Positions 47,623 to 55,988 of a DNA stretch of 64,000 nucleotides are shown here, one piece after another. The notes under the pieces are model-generated. The model saw nothing but the letters and a program-made list of their open reading frames with translations, was not told the DNA's origin and ran no database searches. Position 1 is the first letter of the stretch, and every line of letters starts with the position of its first letter. A program made the position numbers and the translations under genes. The DNA is from a virus: IMG/VR virus record IMGVR_UViG_3300012953_006686, positions 29,700 through 93,699 of that record; one strand, given 5' to 3'.

Positions 47623-48573
47623 TTACTTACCTTTGATTTTGGCTGCTTCTTTAAGAGCTTTTCTAACAAGAGCGCGAATTTGTGCTTCTTCCATTGGTCT
47701 ACGTCGACCATCAGGCTCCATGCCTTCTCTATCTTTACCTCTTCCTCTACGCTCTTCAAGATCAGGCTCTTCTCCTTGCATCTCCATCGCATCACCGCCG
47801 CCTAAAGCGCCGACTAATCTTTGAGCAACACTTAGAAGCTCATCAGCTAATGTGCCGGGATCTTCTTCCATATCACCCTGCATACCATCATCGGGACCAT
47901 CCATCTGAACAACCATCTCGTGACCGCCATCATCGTGATCATGATCACCGCATCCCATTTCTTCAAGTGGTTCTTCTTCCTCTTCGGTGCTTTCTTTTAC
48001 ATCCTTTGGATGACATTTGCCTGTAGCGGGGTCAAAATAACCAGGACAGTCGTCTTCCATACCCTCATTTAATTTGCTGAGATCCATTTTAAAACCCCAG
48101 GCTTCTGATAGGAGACTTTTCAATTCCCCGTTTTTCCAATCTTTTGTTGACATTGAACTATTATCTCCTTTTTGTAATTGTTCATAATAAATAGTACCTT
48201 TACAGCTGTCTTCCCAATCTCTAAATACAATAGATGCTTGATATGCTTCAATTTCCATCGTCCGCATATGCGGATTTGACTGCGCATAGCCTTCTTCACC
48301 CATATTTTGGACGTTTTTAAACTCTCCATTACAATTTTGAGTGTGATGTTGTAGCTCATGAGCTAAAGATCTCATGATATCCTTGGGGTGGCGACCTGTT
48401 ATATAGAGGGTAATTGACTCGTTTTGAGGGTCATAAAAGCCTGTTTTACCCATAGGATTGGCTGCATTTTGGTCATCTTTGCGTAAAAATAGCCTTGGTG
48501 GGCGCGAAAAACCCATTTTTTGTTGTGCAAACGGCATAAATTGCCGAATTAATGGCTTTAAAACCTCAATCAT
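47623..48573 (-). CDS. HExxH domain plus acidic C-terminal domain
   Basis: TGFYDP, RSLAHELQHHTQ and MEIEAY; internal SD+ATG at 48153. Confidence 0.7.
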   Translation of the reverse strand: MIEVLKPLIRQFMPFAQQKMGFSRPPRLFLRKDDQNAANPMGKTGFYDPQNESITLYITGRHPKDIMRSLAHELQHHTQNCNGEFKNVQNMGEEGYAQSNPHMRTMEIEAYQASIVFRDWEDSCKGTIYYEQLQKGDNSSMSTKDWKNGELKSLLSEAWGFKMDLSKLNEGMEDDCPGYFDPATGKCHPKDVKESTEEEEEPLEEMGCGDHDHDDGGHEMVVQMDGPDDGMQGDMEEDPGTLADELLSVAQRLVGALGGGDAMEMQGEEPDLEERRGRGKDREGMEPDGRRRPMEEAQIRALVRKALKEAAKIKGK

Positions 48574-48910
48574 CCTTTAAAAACACCTCTTTTTGATCGT
48601 CAGAGTACCAAATATACTCTAAATAGTTCCCAAACGGGTCTTTTACATAAACTCCGGTAGTTCCATCGCGATGATAGACCACTTCGCCCATTTCTAACGG
48701 CAAATCTTCCTTTTTTTCGACTAAAATGCCAAAATGTGCGTATGGATAGTGATTTTTATCGATTAAAGCGATGTTTGTGTTAGAAACAGTCATTCTAATG
48801 TACTTTGAGTCGCGAAAAGTCACTTTTCCGGCTAATTTTTGGGTATACCACTCTTCTGCGACCTCTAAATCGTCTACAAGTATGGCTATATGGTCAACAA
48901 CTGACATCAT
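48566..48910 (-). CDS. VOC/glyoxalase-family protein
   Basis: VDHIAILVDDL...WY, HFGI and YVKDPFGNYLE. Confidence 0.85.
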   Translation of the reverse strand: MMSVVDHIAILVDDLEVAEEWYTQKLAGKVTFRDSKYIRMTVSNTNIALIDKNHYPYAHFGILVEKKEDLPLEMGEVVYHRDGTTGVYVKDPFGNYLEYIWYSDDQKEVFLKDD

Positions 48911-49172
48911 TTGGTGTATTTTCCGGGTTTGACTTGGATATTAGCTTTAAACTAGCTGTAAAGAAGTCAATTTCGAGAGAATTGTCTATTACAGGCTTCA
49001 CGGTTGAAATAGACACTAATCTTCCTGACTTTATTTCGTTTTTTATATCAATAACTATGCCATAATGAGAATCCCAGTCATTTATTTCGCGATTCCACGT
49101 TGACCATTCGACTATATCGCCAATATCAAAGGTTTTAGCACTCAATTCTCCAAATTTATCTTTCTCGTTCAT
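48894..49172 (-). CDS. Small SH3/KOW-like protein
   Basis: FDIGDIVEW...YGIVI...LKLIS. Confidence 0.6.
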   Translation of the reverse strand: MNEKDKFGELSAKTFDIGDIVEWSTWNREINDWDSHYGIVIDIKNEIKSGRLVSISTVKPVIDNSLEIDFFTASLKLISKSNPENTPNDVSC

Positions 49173-49359
49173 TATTTGGCTCGTTATCCTTGTCATAACT
49201 AGCGCTAATGGCCGGTAATAGCTGAAATTCATTAAGCTCATCGTTGTAAATGATTATCTCTTTACTTAAAGGAAATATTATCCTAGATTTTTTAGTTTTA
49301 CGGCTAAAAATCTCAACTTCTTCGATTGGTTGTGTCGTTTTTTTCTTTTTTCTTGCCAT
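49156..49359 (-). CDS. Hypothetical basic protein
   Basis: Packed ORF. Confidence 0.55.
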   Translation of the reverse strand: MARKKKKTTQPIEEVEIFSRKTKKSRIIFPLSKEIIIYNDELNEFQLLPAISASYDKDNEPNNERER

Positions 49360-49512
49360 TTATATAAATTTTTCCGTATCTGACAAATGAGCAGCGACTA
49401 TTAATCCTAAAAGCGTAATAGCAGTAAGTTCGTAGCCCCAAATACCATAAAAAATCCAAGATCCAAGTATGAGAGACAGACTTTTCCAAAATTTTCCAAA
49501 TCTAAATAACAT
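49360..49512 (-). CDS. 50-aa small membrane protein (not in ORF track)
   Basis: MLFRFGKFWKSLSLILGSWIFYGIWGYELTAITLLGLIVAAHLSDTEKFI; TGATG overlap with the upstream gene. Confidence 0.65.
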   Translation of the reverse strand: MLFRFGKFWKSLSLILGSWIFYGIWGYELTAITLLGLIVAAHLSDTEKFI

Positions 49513-49799
49513 CAGTCATATCCTGTGTGTAATAATTCTTCTGGCTCTATGCAAACCATATCTCCGCTGTGTGTATAAATCAAAGTTCTTCCAAAATTAT
49601 CGTAGTTTTCGTATAAAATAAAAGCTTTTACGCCTCGGTATACTTTACGGTGTATTCGATGTGCTGGATCCCATAGCCAAATCTCTCCCGAGCCATCAAT
49701 GGCCACTTCTGGTATTAACTTGTCATCCTCAGTTAGTTCACCGGAGATTTGTTTTATTATTCTTTTTACCAATTCGGTACTTGAATTTTTTTTAGCCAT
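49512..49799 (-). CDS. Hypothetical protein
   Basis: Preceded by a CTAGTTA motif. Confidence 0.7.
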   Translation of the reverse strand: MAKKNSSTELVKRIIKQISGELTEDDKLIPEVAIDGSGEIWLWDPAHRIHRKVYRGVKAFILYENYDNFGRTLIYTHSGDMVCIEPEELLHTGYD

Positions 49800-49902
49800 T
49801 AAATTAACTAGGATTTAATAAATTTAAAAATATTTGTTTTGATAATGTCGATCACTAAAGCAAAGTTATTTTTTAGTAAGATAAAAATACTAATATTATT
49901 TG

Positions 49903-50223
49903 TTAAATAAAATTCATAGCAAAAAGAACAGCGCCCATAGCAAATTGGACAACTGCAAATATTGTAACAGCTTTTGTCTTAAATGTTCTTAAATTTTCTA
50001 ATTCTCTTAGAGCATATTTTATTTGAGAAGGCGAGGCTACCTCGTCAATTTTGTCTTTCCATGCCCTTATTTCTTCTAAGCGATCTTCTTTGGCTTTAAT
50101 TTTAGTAATTTGTTCTTTTACTAATTGTAATTCCGCCCGCATACTTTCAATGCCGGTGTTAAGAGTTTCTAGCTGTTGTAATACTAGCTTAGAGTATGTT
50201 TCCCATCCTTGATCGCTTGGCAT
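49903..50223 (-). CDS. Coiled-coil protein with C-terminal TM anchor
   Basis: Heptad pattern; AVTIFAVVQFAMGAVLFAM tail. Confidence 0.7.
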   Translation of the reverse strand: MPSDQGWETYSKLVLQQLETLNTGIESMRAELQLVKEQITKIKAKEDRLEEIRAWKDKIDEVASPSQIKYALRELENLRTFKTKAVTIFAVVQFAMGAVLFAMNFI

Positions 50224-50226
50224 TTT

Positions 50227-52596
50227 TTATAATCCGTAAATGTTATATTCCCATAAACAAACCAAATTAACTTCAACCTGATTTGCATTTGGATGTACAC
50301 TAACACCAACTACCTCACCAGCTGAATAATGATTAGAGCCAGTAAAAGTAAATACTGTTGTAGTAGATGCTGCGTTTGGACAACTAACAGTTTGTGTTTC
50401 TATTAGAACACCTTGTTCATTCATGTTAATATCGCCGTTCCCATTAGTTGCTTTAAAAAGCGCAATGCTTACATTTCCATTTTGAGAACCAGAGGGTCTA
50501 TAATAAACTCTCTTAAGTTGTCCTGAAAATGGCACAATCATTTGATTAATATAAGTTGCATTATTTGGCGCGTTAGCCTCACTAAGATTATAAAAAGGTA
50601 TAAATTTCATAGTTGTAGCTGTTGTATTATAAGCGTGCCTTGTTGGAAAAAACTGATGACCCATTACACTGCCGGAAACACTAAAACTTCCGGTTATTCT
50701 GGTTCTGTCGCCAGTATTCTTTCCAAGCGTGGCCCCTCGGGCTGTCTCAAAAGTGCTAGAACTTAAAGTAGTAAACTGACCAGTTGATTGATTAGTTGCA
50801 CCAACTGTAGTTCCATCAATCGCACCGCCGCGAAGATCAACCGTAGTTGCAATTCCTAAATCTGCAATTGTGCGGCCTGCATTTGTCCAGTTGGTATTCA
50901 TCTTAGAAATAGCAAGTCCGCCATCCCAGTGTAATCCATATTTCGTAGCCGTTCCAACCAAAAGACTAGAGCCGCTTAAGCCCGAAGAAGCAGAAAGTGC
51001 TCCATCGGCGCCGATCTTTAACACAGTGCTGTCGCTGTTATTTCTAACCTGAACTTGTGTAGTGCTATCGTTTTCGCCTAACTTTAAGCGTATGTGCTTG
51101 TCGGTAGCATTGCAATCGATAATAAGATGCCCTGTTTGGTTTTTAATAACACTATTAGCAGAATCATGAAATAATAATAAATCTTCCCCAGCACCAATTC
51201 GAATATATTGATTGTCTTTGCTGACCTTTAATCCTTGTGACGCTGTTAAATTGGCAGTAAGTAAATTATATGATGCGGATAGTACAGAGCCTGTAACTGA
51301 CTGAGCAGTGATGCCTTTTTGTGCATCATAAACTACAGCCTTTGAAGCGACAGCGCTTCCCGCAGATGCACCATCGACATAACCAATTTCTGTATCAGAG
51401 AGTGCAGATAGAGTACTTAATTTGGCGGCTGTAACATTACTATCGGCGCCGTCAAGTTTATTGAGTTCCGCTGCTGTAGATGATACATTAGTTCCACCTA
51501 AATTAAGTGTATTAATCCAAATTTTTCCGTTGTTCTGCCAACCATAAGCACCTACTTGTATAGAGCTTCCGGTTATACCAGCCGATGAGCTAAGGCTCGC
51601 TGTCGCAACTAAAGCTCCAAATGTGCCAGCTACCGCAGCTGCAGCTCCAATCACAACACCGTCAAGATTTCCTCCATTGATATCTGCAGTCGTAACAGTT
51701 CCTAAATCTGCAACTGTTCTGCCGGCGTTTGTCCAGTTAGTATTCATTTTGGAGATGGCTAAGCCGCCATCCCAATGTAGTCCATATTTTGTAGCCGTAC
51801 CGACTATAAGACTAGAACCACTTAAGCCAAGAGAAGCAGATACCCTTCCTGCTACTGTTAAGAGAGAGCCATCAAAAGTTAAATTAGATTCAACGGTAGC
51901 TTCATCACTATCTTTAAAAGTTGCAACACCATTAGCAGTCGAACCATCCCAAGATATTCCACCGCCACCAGAAGTTAGATCTGTTTCACTAATTTCATCA
52001 GAAATCCAATAAAGTTTTCCGTCTGATTTGACATAGAGAATTCCACCATCTCCATCGCTTGGTGCTGAAGGAGAACTTACTTCTCCGGAGACGTGAACGG
52101 CGCCAGCGACTTCTAATTTTTGATCGGGATCTGAAACGCCGATACCAACGTTGTCTCCCAAAATGGACATCTTGGTATTACCGCCGGTTTTAAACAAGAA
52201 TCTGTCGGAGCCATTATCATAATCAATCTGCCCTTCATCATTATCAGCAACAGAACCAAATATAAGAGAGCCACCATAAGCATTGGCAGACTGAAAATGT
52301 ATTTTAGGTTTTTCGCTAGACTCTAGAACTAAAAGTGTCCCATCAGCTGCCGAAATTGTTCCTGCCGATCCGTCCTTGAGATGAAGCTGTGCTTCTGGAC
52401 TGGTTGTTCCTATGCCCACTTCACCAGCTAAAACTGTAGCTGACGCAGATACACTAGTGTTGGTAATCTGAAGTCTAGGCAAGCGATTCGTTCGAAAGAT
52501 AATAGAGTCATATCCAAAATCAACTTGAGTATCTTCATCGTCCTCGTTTAAAAGATCTCCAACGTGCAAAGAGCCTGTGGTTGAATTATATGCCAT
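50227..52596 (-). CDS. Tail-fibre/spike-like virion protein with internal duplication
   Basis: G/S/T/A-rich, with VGIGTTSP..LH and VGIGVSDP..KLEV fibre repeats; duplicated ~55-aa block. Confidence 0.7.
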   Translation of the reverse strand: MAYNSTTGSLHVGDLLNEDDEDTQVDFGYDSIIFRTNRLPRLQITNTSVSASATVLAGEVGIGTTSPEAQLHLKDGSAGTISAADGTLLVLESSEKPKIHFQSANAYGGSLIFGSVADNDEGQIDYDNGSDRFLFKTGGNTKMSILGDNVGIGVSDPDQKLEVAGAVHVSGEVSSPSAPSDGDGGILYVKSDGKLYWISDEISETDLTSGGGGISWDGSTANGVATFKDSDEATVESNLTFDGSLLTVAGRVSASLGLSGSSLIVGTATKYGLHWDGGLAISKMNTNWTNAGRTVADLGTVTTADINGGNLDGVVIGAAAAVAGTFGALVATASLSSSAGITGSSIQVGAYGWQNNGKIWINTLNLGGTNVSSTAAELNKLDGADSNVTAAKLSTLSALSDTEIGYVDGASAGSAVASKAVVYDAQKGITAQSVTGSVLSASYNLLTANLTASQGLKVSKDNQYIRIGAGEDLLLFHDSANSVIKNQTGHLIIDCNATDKHIRLKLGENDSTTQVQVRNNSDSTVLKIGADGALSASSGLSGSSLLVGTATKYGLHWDGGLAISKMNTNWTNAGRTIADLGIATTVDLRGGAIDGTTVGATNQSTGQFTTLSSSTFETARGATLGKNTGDRTRITGSFSVSGSVMGHQFFPTRHAYNTTATTMKFIPFYNLSEANAPNNATYINQMIVPFSGQLKRVYYRPSGSQNGNVSIALFKATNGNGDINMNEQGVLIETQTVSCPNAASTTTVFTFTGSNHYSAGEVVGVSVHPNANQVEVNLVCLWEYNIYGL

Positions 52597-52630
52597 TTAT
52601 TTGCCTCCAATTACAACTATAAGTAGTAAA

Positions 52631-53038
52631 TCACTTATCTTCCGAACTTATTGATTTTTGAAATTTAGTCTTAACTTTATCTCCGACAGGAATTGGCTCA
52701 CCATCACCATCAATCCTTACAAATGTCATATCAGTTGTTAATACTGTTCTTTGAGAGCCGTTATATACGCTGTGTCTTCTCGCTTCAAGATGAATTGTAA
52801 TAGAGGTTTGACCAACTGCCCTAACTTCTCCGTAGATCTTAATTATCTGTCCAGGTCTCACCGGCTTATTAAAAATTACTTCAGAAATTCTTTTTGTGAC
52901 CATTCTCGGAGTATCGCAAGCCTGACACGCAAACGCAGCACCAGCTTCATCTAGCCAAGCTAACATCGTACCACCAAACAAATTGCCGTGATAGCCAACG
53001 TTTGCTGCTTTACAAAAATGAGTTGAGATTAATTCCAT
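52631..53038 (-). CDS. Hot-dog acyl-CoA thioesterase (YciA-like)
   Basis: HGNLFGGTMLAWLDEAG, FNKPV and VGQTSI. Confidence 0.88.
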   Translation of the reverse strand: MELISTHFCKAANVGYHGNLFGGTMLAWLDEAGAAFACQACDTPRMVTKRISEVIFNKPVRPGQIIKIYGEVRAVGQTSITIHLEARRHSVYNGSQRTVLTTDMTFVRIDGDGEPIPVGDKVKTKFQKSISSEDK

Positions 53039-53121
53039 TAAGCACTCTTATCGGCTGGTTTGTTTTTTAAAAACCAACTATACCACAGTGAACCAAAACC
53101 ATATACATATCTTGCGTGCAT
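53038..53121 (-). CDS. 27-aa microprotein coupled at both ends
   Basis: MHARYVYGFGSLWYSWFLKNKPADKSA; TAATG overlaps with both flanking genes. Confidence 0.45.
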   Translation of the reverse strand: MHARYVYGFGSLWYSWFLKNKPADKSA

Positions 53122-54311
53122 TATTTACCTCTTATATAACTATGCAACTCTTCATCAGAAACTTCATTCTTTCGAGGATTATAATCTTTAATATGTTGTA
53201 GTAGATTCTGATTATTAGGATTAAGAAGCACTTTTGGAGAAATATTGCCTTGCATACGAGCATTTAATATGAACGCAAGGTAAGCATCACTTATGGTAAA
53301 AGCTTTTTTTTTAACTTTCACATTGAGATTCTCATATATTCCTCTCTTAAATAATCCGAGATCAACGATAACGAAATCTTTAGTATCTGGGCGCCTCATA
53401 ACATTCTTTATGTGCACATCTTTAGGGCGCCAGCCTTTATCTTGCATAAAGTACTTCATCGCAGCCATTAGTCCTTCAGCCTCTGGGAATAAATCTTCCA
53501 CCGCTTTAAAAGTAGGTCCAGCCCACAGATCTCGATCAGTTTCTTCGTCTCCCGGCTCTGGCTGGTGAACAGGAACAACTTGTTTGTCAAAATAATATAA
53601 AACAGTATCTGTTAGTGCATCCTCAAAAGAACTTTTTACTGCGGGACTTTGAAAATTTATCTGTTTGGCTGTCTCCGTAGCCACAGTGTAGATAACGCTT
53701 TGAACATCTCCTCCGTGTGATATTTTGGTAACGGCATTTATAACATTTGCTACAATCTGATCGCGATTGACTAAAAATTCACGCATTTGATCTAATATTC
53801 GATTATTTTGAAGAGCATATTTCGTTATTTCTGCTACCGCCTCTGGATTTTTTAAAATTTTATCTTTTTTAATCGATGCGGTAGGTGCATCCTGCGCTGC
53901 AAAAAGATCTTGTGCTGTTTGCGGATCGAGAGGCTCAAGCAACTCCATTAAAATTATAGTGCTATCACCGCCAGTTATAAGTTTTTTAACATCTGGTAAA
54001 TACTTAGCGTATTTTTCTGGCATAAAGGCTTTTTCATCCATAGCAAACTTGTAGTTTTCTATTTCGCGAGCGTTGTCAGCCGGCACAACTTTAGCCGCTA
54101 ATCTTTCGCCAGTTCTGCTATTTTCAATTTCATATACAACGCCAAAAACGCCACGACCAAGCTCTCTGCGAACAGAAAACCCCATTGATTTTAAGAGAGC
54201 TTGAGCATCTCTTTGTCGATTTTGCTGACGAAGAAGGTGCGACGGCACTGCACCAGTTGCGTCTGTTTCTTCATTTACAAACTTCCGCCAATTTTCCATT
54301 AAGAGTTTCAT
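53121..54311 (-). CDS. Protein-kinase-like enzyme with ENW leader
   Basis: LGRGVFGVVY, LAAK, helix-C Glu, MELL, DVHIKN and IVDLG. Confidence 0.8.
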   Translation of the reverse strand: MKLLMENWRKFVNEETDATGAVPSHLLRQQNRQRDAQALLKSMGFSVRRELGRGVFGVVYEIENSRTGERLAAKVVPADNAREIENYKFAMDEKAFMPEKYAKYLPDVKKLITGGDSTIILMELLEPLDPQTAQDLFAAQDAPTASIKKDKILKNPEAVAEITKYALQNNRILDQMREFLVNRDQIVANVINAVTKISHGGDVQSVIYTVATETAKQINFQSPAVKSSFEDALTDTVLYYFDKQVVPVHQPEPGDEETDRDLWAGPTFKAVEDLFPEAEGLMAAMKYFMQDKGWRPKDVHIKNVMRRPDTKDFVIVDLGLFKRGIYENLNVKVKKKAFTISDAYLAFILNARMQGNISPKVLLNPNNQNLLQHIKDYNPRKNEVSDEELHSYIRGK

Positions 54312-54715
54312 TCTTCAGAATCTCCTGAATTGATAGTATCAACCAGCATCGCCATATGATACCAATTAAGTGAGACTTGTTCAGCATCAACATTTCCCTT
54401 TTCTATAGCATCTGCCAATAACAAAAACATTCCCCTAAATCTCTCACGATTTTCATCTGACACCTCTTCTAACGCTTTGGCAAAGCTACTAGTATACCAA
54501 GCAGGTGAAGGTGCAAAGTCTTGTGGGTGTATGCCTTTAGCGCCCATACGCAGCCATTTTGGTAAATCATCTAGGCTGACTTTTGCATGAATATGTCCTA
54601 TTTTTTTCGTATCCTTTAAAAAATTCTTAAAATAGCTATGAACCCAATCAATATCATCCATTTGCTGGCTTCCTTCTGCGAGGTATTTGTGCCAATTTTC
54701 AAGTAGGAGTTTCAT
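54308..54715 (-). CDS. ENW-leader hypothetical protein
   Basis: Starts MKLLLENWHKYLAE. Confidence 0.75.
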   Translation of the reverse strand: MKLLLENWHKYLAEGSQQMDDIDWVHSYFKNFLKDTKKIGHIHAKVSLDDLPKWLRMGAKGIHPQDFAPSPAWYTSSFAKALEEVSDENRERFRGMFLLLADAIEKGNVDAEQVSLNWYHMAMLVDTINSGDSEE

Positions 54716-55329
54716 ATATTAGCCCCTTTAAAGACAACACCTTTCCACTCTATATCATCTACACCCCAATAATCATGATTACCCAGTCTGCCTAGAGCAT
54801 CCCACTTTTTAAGAAATAAATTGACTGCCATGGCATCATATAGAGGAATTCCAAAAACACTATTGAGTGGTGCTCCGTTGAAGTATTCTGTAGATAATTC
54901 TGCAGGTGTTATAGCTTCAATAGAGTCCATAAATTGTTGGGCAGTTTGACCACCTGCACCTTCTCCATATTTGTGAGACAAATATTTTCCAATTTTGTCA
55001 AATTCGCTTCCTTCTTTGGGTACTTTAGAGCTTTTGTCTCCAGATTGTGGGTGACTTGGATCCATTTTAGCAAACCAAAAAACAGAAGCAGTCCCAGGTC
55101 CGCTGGCGCTTATTCCATCAAAAGGTAAATACATTCCCTTTGTCCAATCGCCAGATCCAGTTCCAGTGCTCCTATAAAAAGCCACAGGACCATCGAGAGT
55201 TTTTACAATGACAATATGACGATCGTCTTCGGTAAGAAATTCATCTATTATAATAGAACCCAAGTTAAATTTATCTTCAACTGTTTCTTCGGTCAAATAC
55301 TTCCGCCAATTTTCCATTAAGAGTTTCAT
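54712..55329 (-). CDS. ENW-leader hypothetical protein
   Basis: Starts MKLLMENWRKYLTEE at 55329; FYRSTGTGSG..W...YLPFDG core. Confidence 0.75.
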   Translation of the reverse strand: MKLLMENWRKYLTEETVEDKFNLGSIIIDEFLTEDDRHIVIVKTLDGPVAFYRSTGTGSGDWTKGMYLPFDGISASGPGTASVFWFAKMDPSHPQSGDKSSKVPKEGSEFDKIGKYLSHKYGEGAGGQTAQQFMDSIEAITPAELSTEYFNGAPLNSVFGIPLYDAMAVNLFLKKWDALGRLGNHDYWGVDDIEWKGVVFKGANI

Positions 55330-55988
55330 TTTTGTTTTCTCCACTCTTCCTGCCCAGTTGATAGATTTCTTATTGCTGTAATTTCTACGTTTTTTGCTGG
55401 ATCAAAAACAGAAATAGCATTTGAAGTTAAAGCTAGTTTTCCAGTTTTAGTCATTCTTCCAGGATTTGACCACCAGATTCCATCAAAACCGGCTTTTTCT
55501 AATATTTTTTTAAATTCTTGAATGCTTTGAGTCATCGGAATTGAAGTGTTAATTTTTTGAGAAGGATTATTGGGGTCTCGAACTGATTGTGGAAAATAAT
55601 GTACTAAGTGATCAATATTCATTTTTAAATATTTTCCATTAAGTTTAACTGTTAACATATATTTGCCGCCTAAAGATTTTATGTGATCCGGATCTGAAAG
55701 ATTTTTCTTATCTAATCCGAACATAGGACCAAAATAAGAATCCAAATTATATTTACCTCCACCGTGTTCTCCTTCGGCAGTGTTTGCGCCGGTTTTGGAA
55801 GGATCAAACTTTTTAAATGATCTCGAAGATACGTGTCCAGCCGTATGATCCGTTAGATTTGCAGCTCCATTTTCAGCAAGACGACCGACAATAGTATTAA
55901 GGACTTCTTGTGTATATGGTACTGTACCTCTGATGGCATTCTCATTCTCATTCAAATACTCTCGCCAATTTTCTATTAAGAGCTTCAT
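55326..55988 (-). CDS. ENW-leader ADP-ribosyltransferase-like protein (ART-PolyVal-like)
   Basis: Starts MKLLIENWREYLNE. GHxS..FKKFDPSKTG...GGG...YF and GFDGI...ISVFDP resemble ART-PolyVal. Confidence 0.5.
   Translation of the reverse strand: MKLLIENWREYLNENENAIRGTVPYTQEVLNTIVGRLAENGAANLTDHTAGHVSSRSFKKFDPSKTGANTAEGEHGGGKYNLDSYFGPMFGLDKKNLSDPDHIKSLGGKYMLTVKLNGKYLKMNIDHLVHYFPQSVRDPNNPSQKINTSIPMTQSIQEFKKILEKAGFDGIWWSNPGRMTKTGKLALTSNAISVFDPAKNVEITAIRNLSTGQEEWRKQK

Noticed and set aside
47568-48359. Alternative-frame minus-strand ORFs 47568-47795 and 48120-48359
   Set aside because: They overlap the better-supported 316-aa gene and have no motifs.
50815-51835. Fibre repeat pair as a DGR template/variable repeat
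   Set aside because: Both copies are in-frame coding with synonymous-type differences rather than adenine-specific ones, and no reverse transcriptase is in the window.
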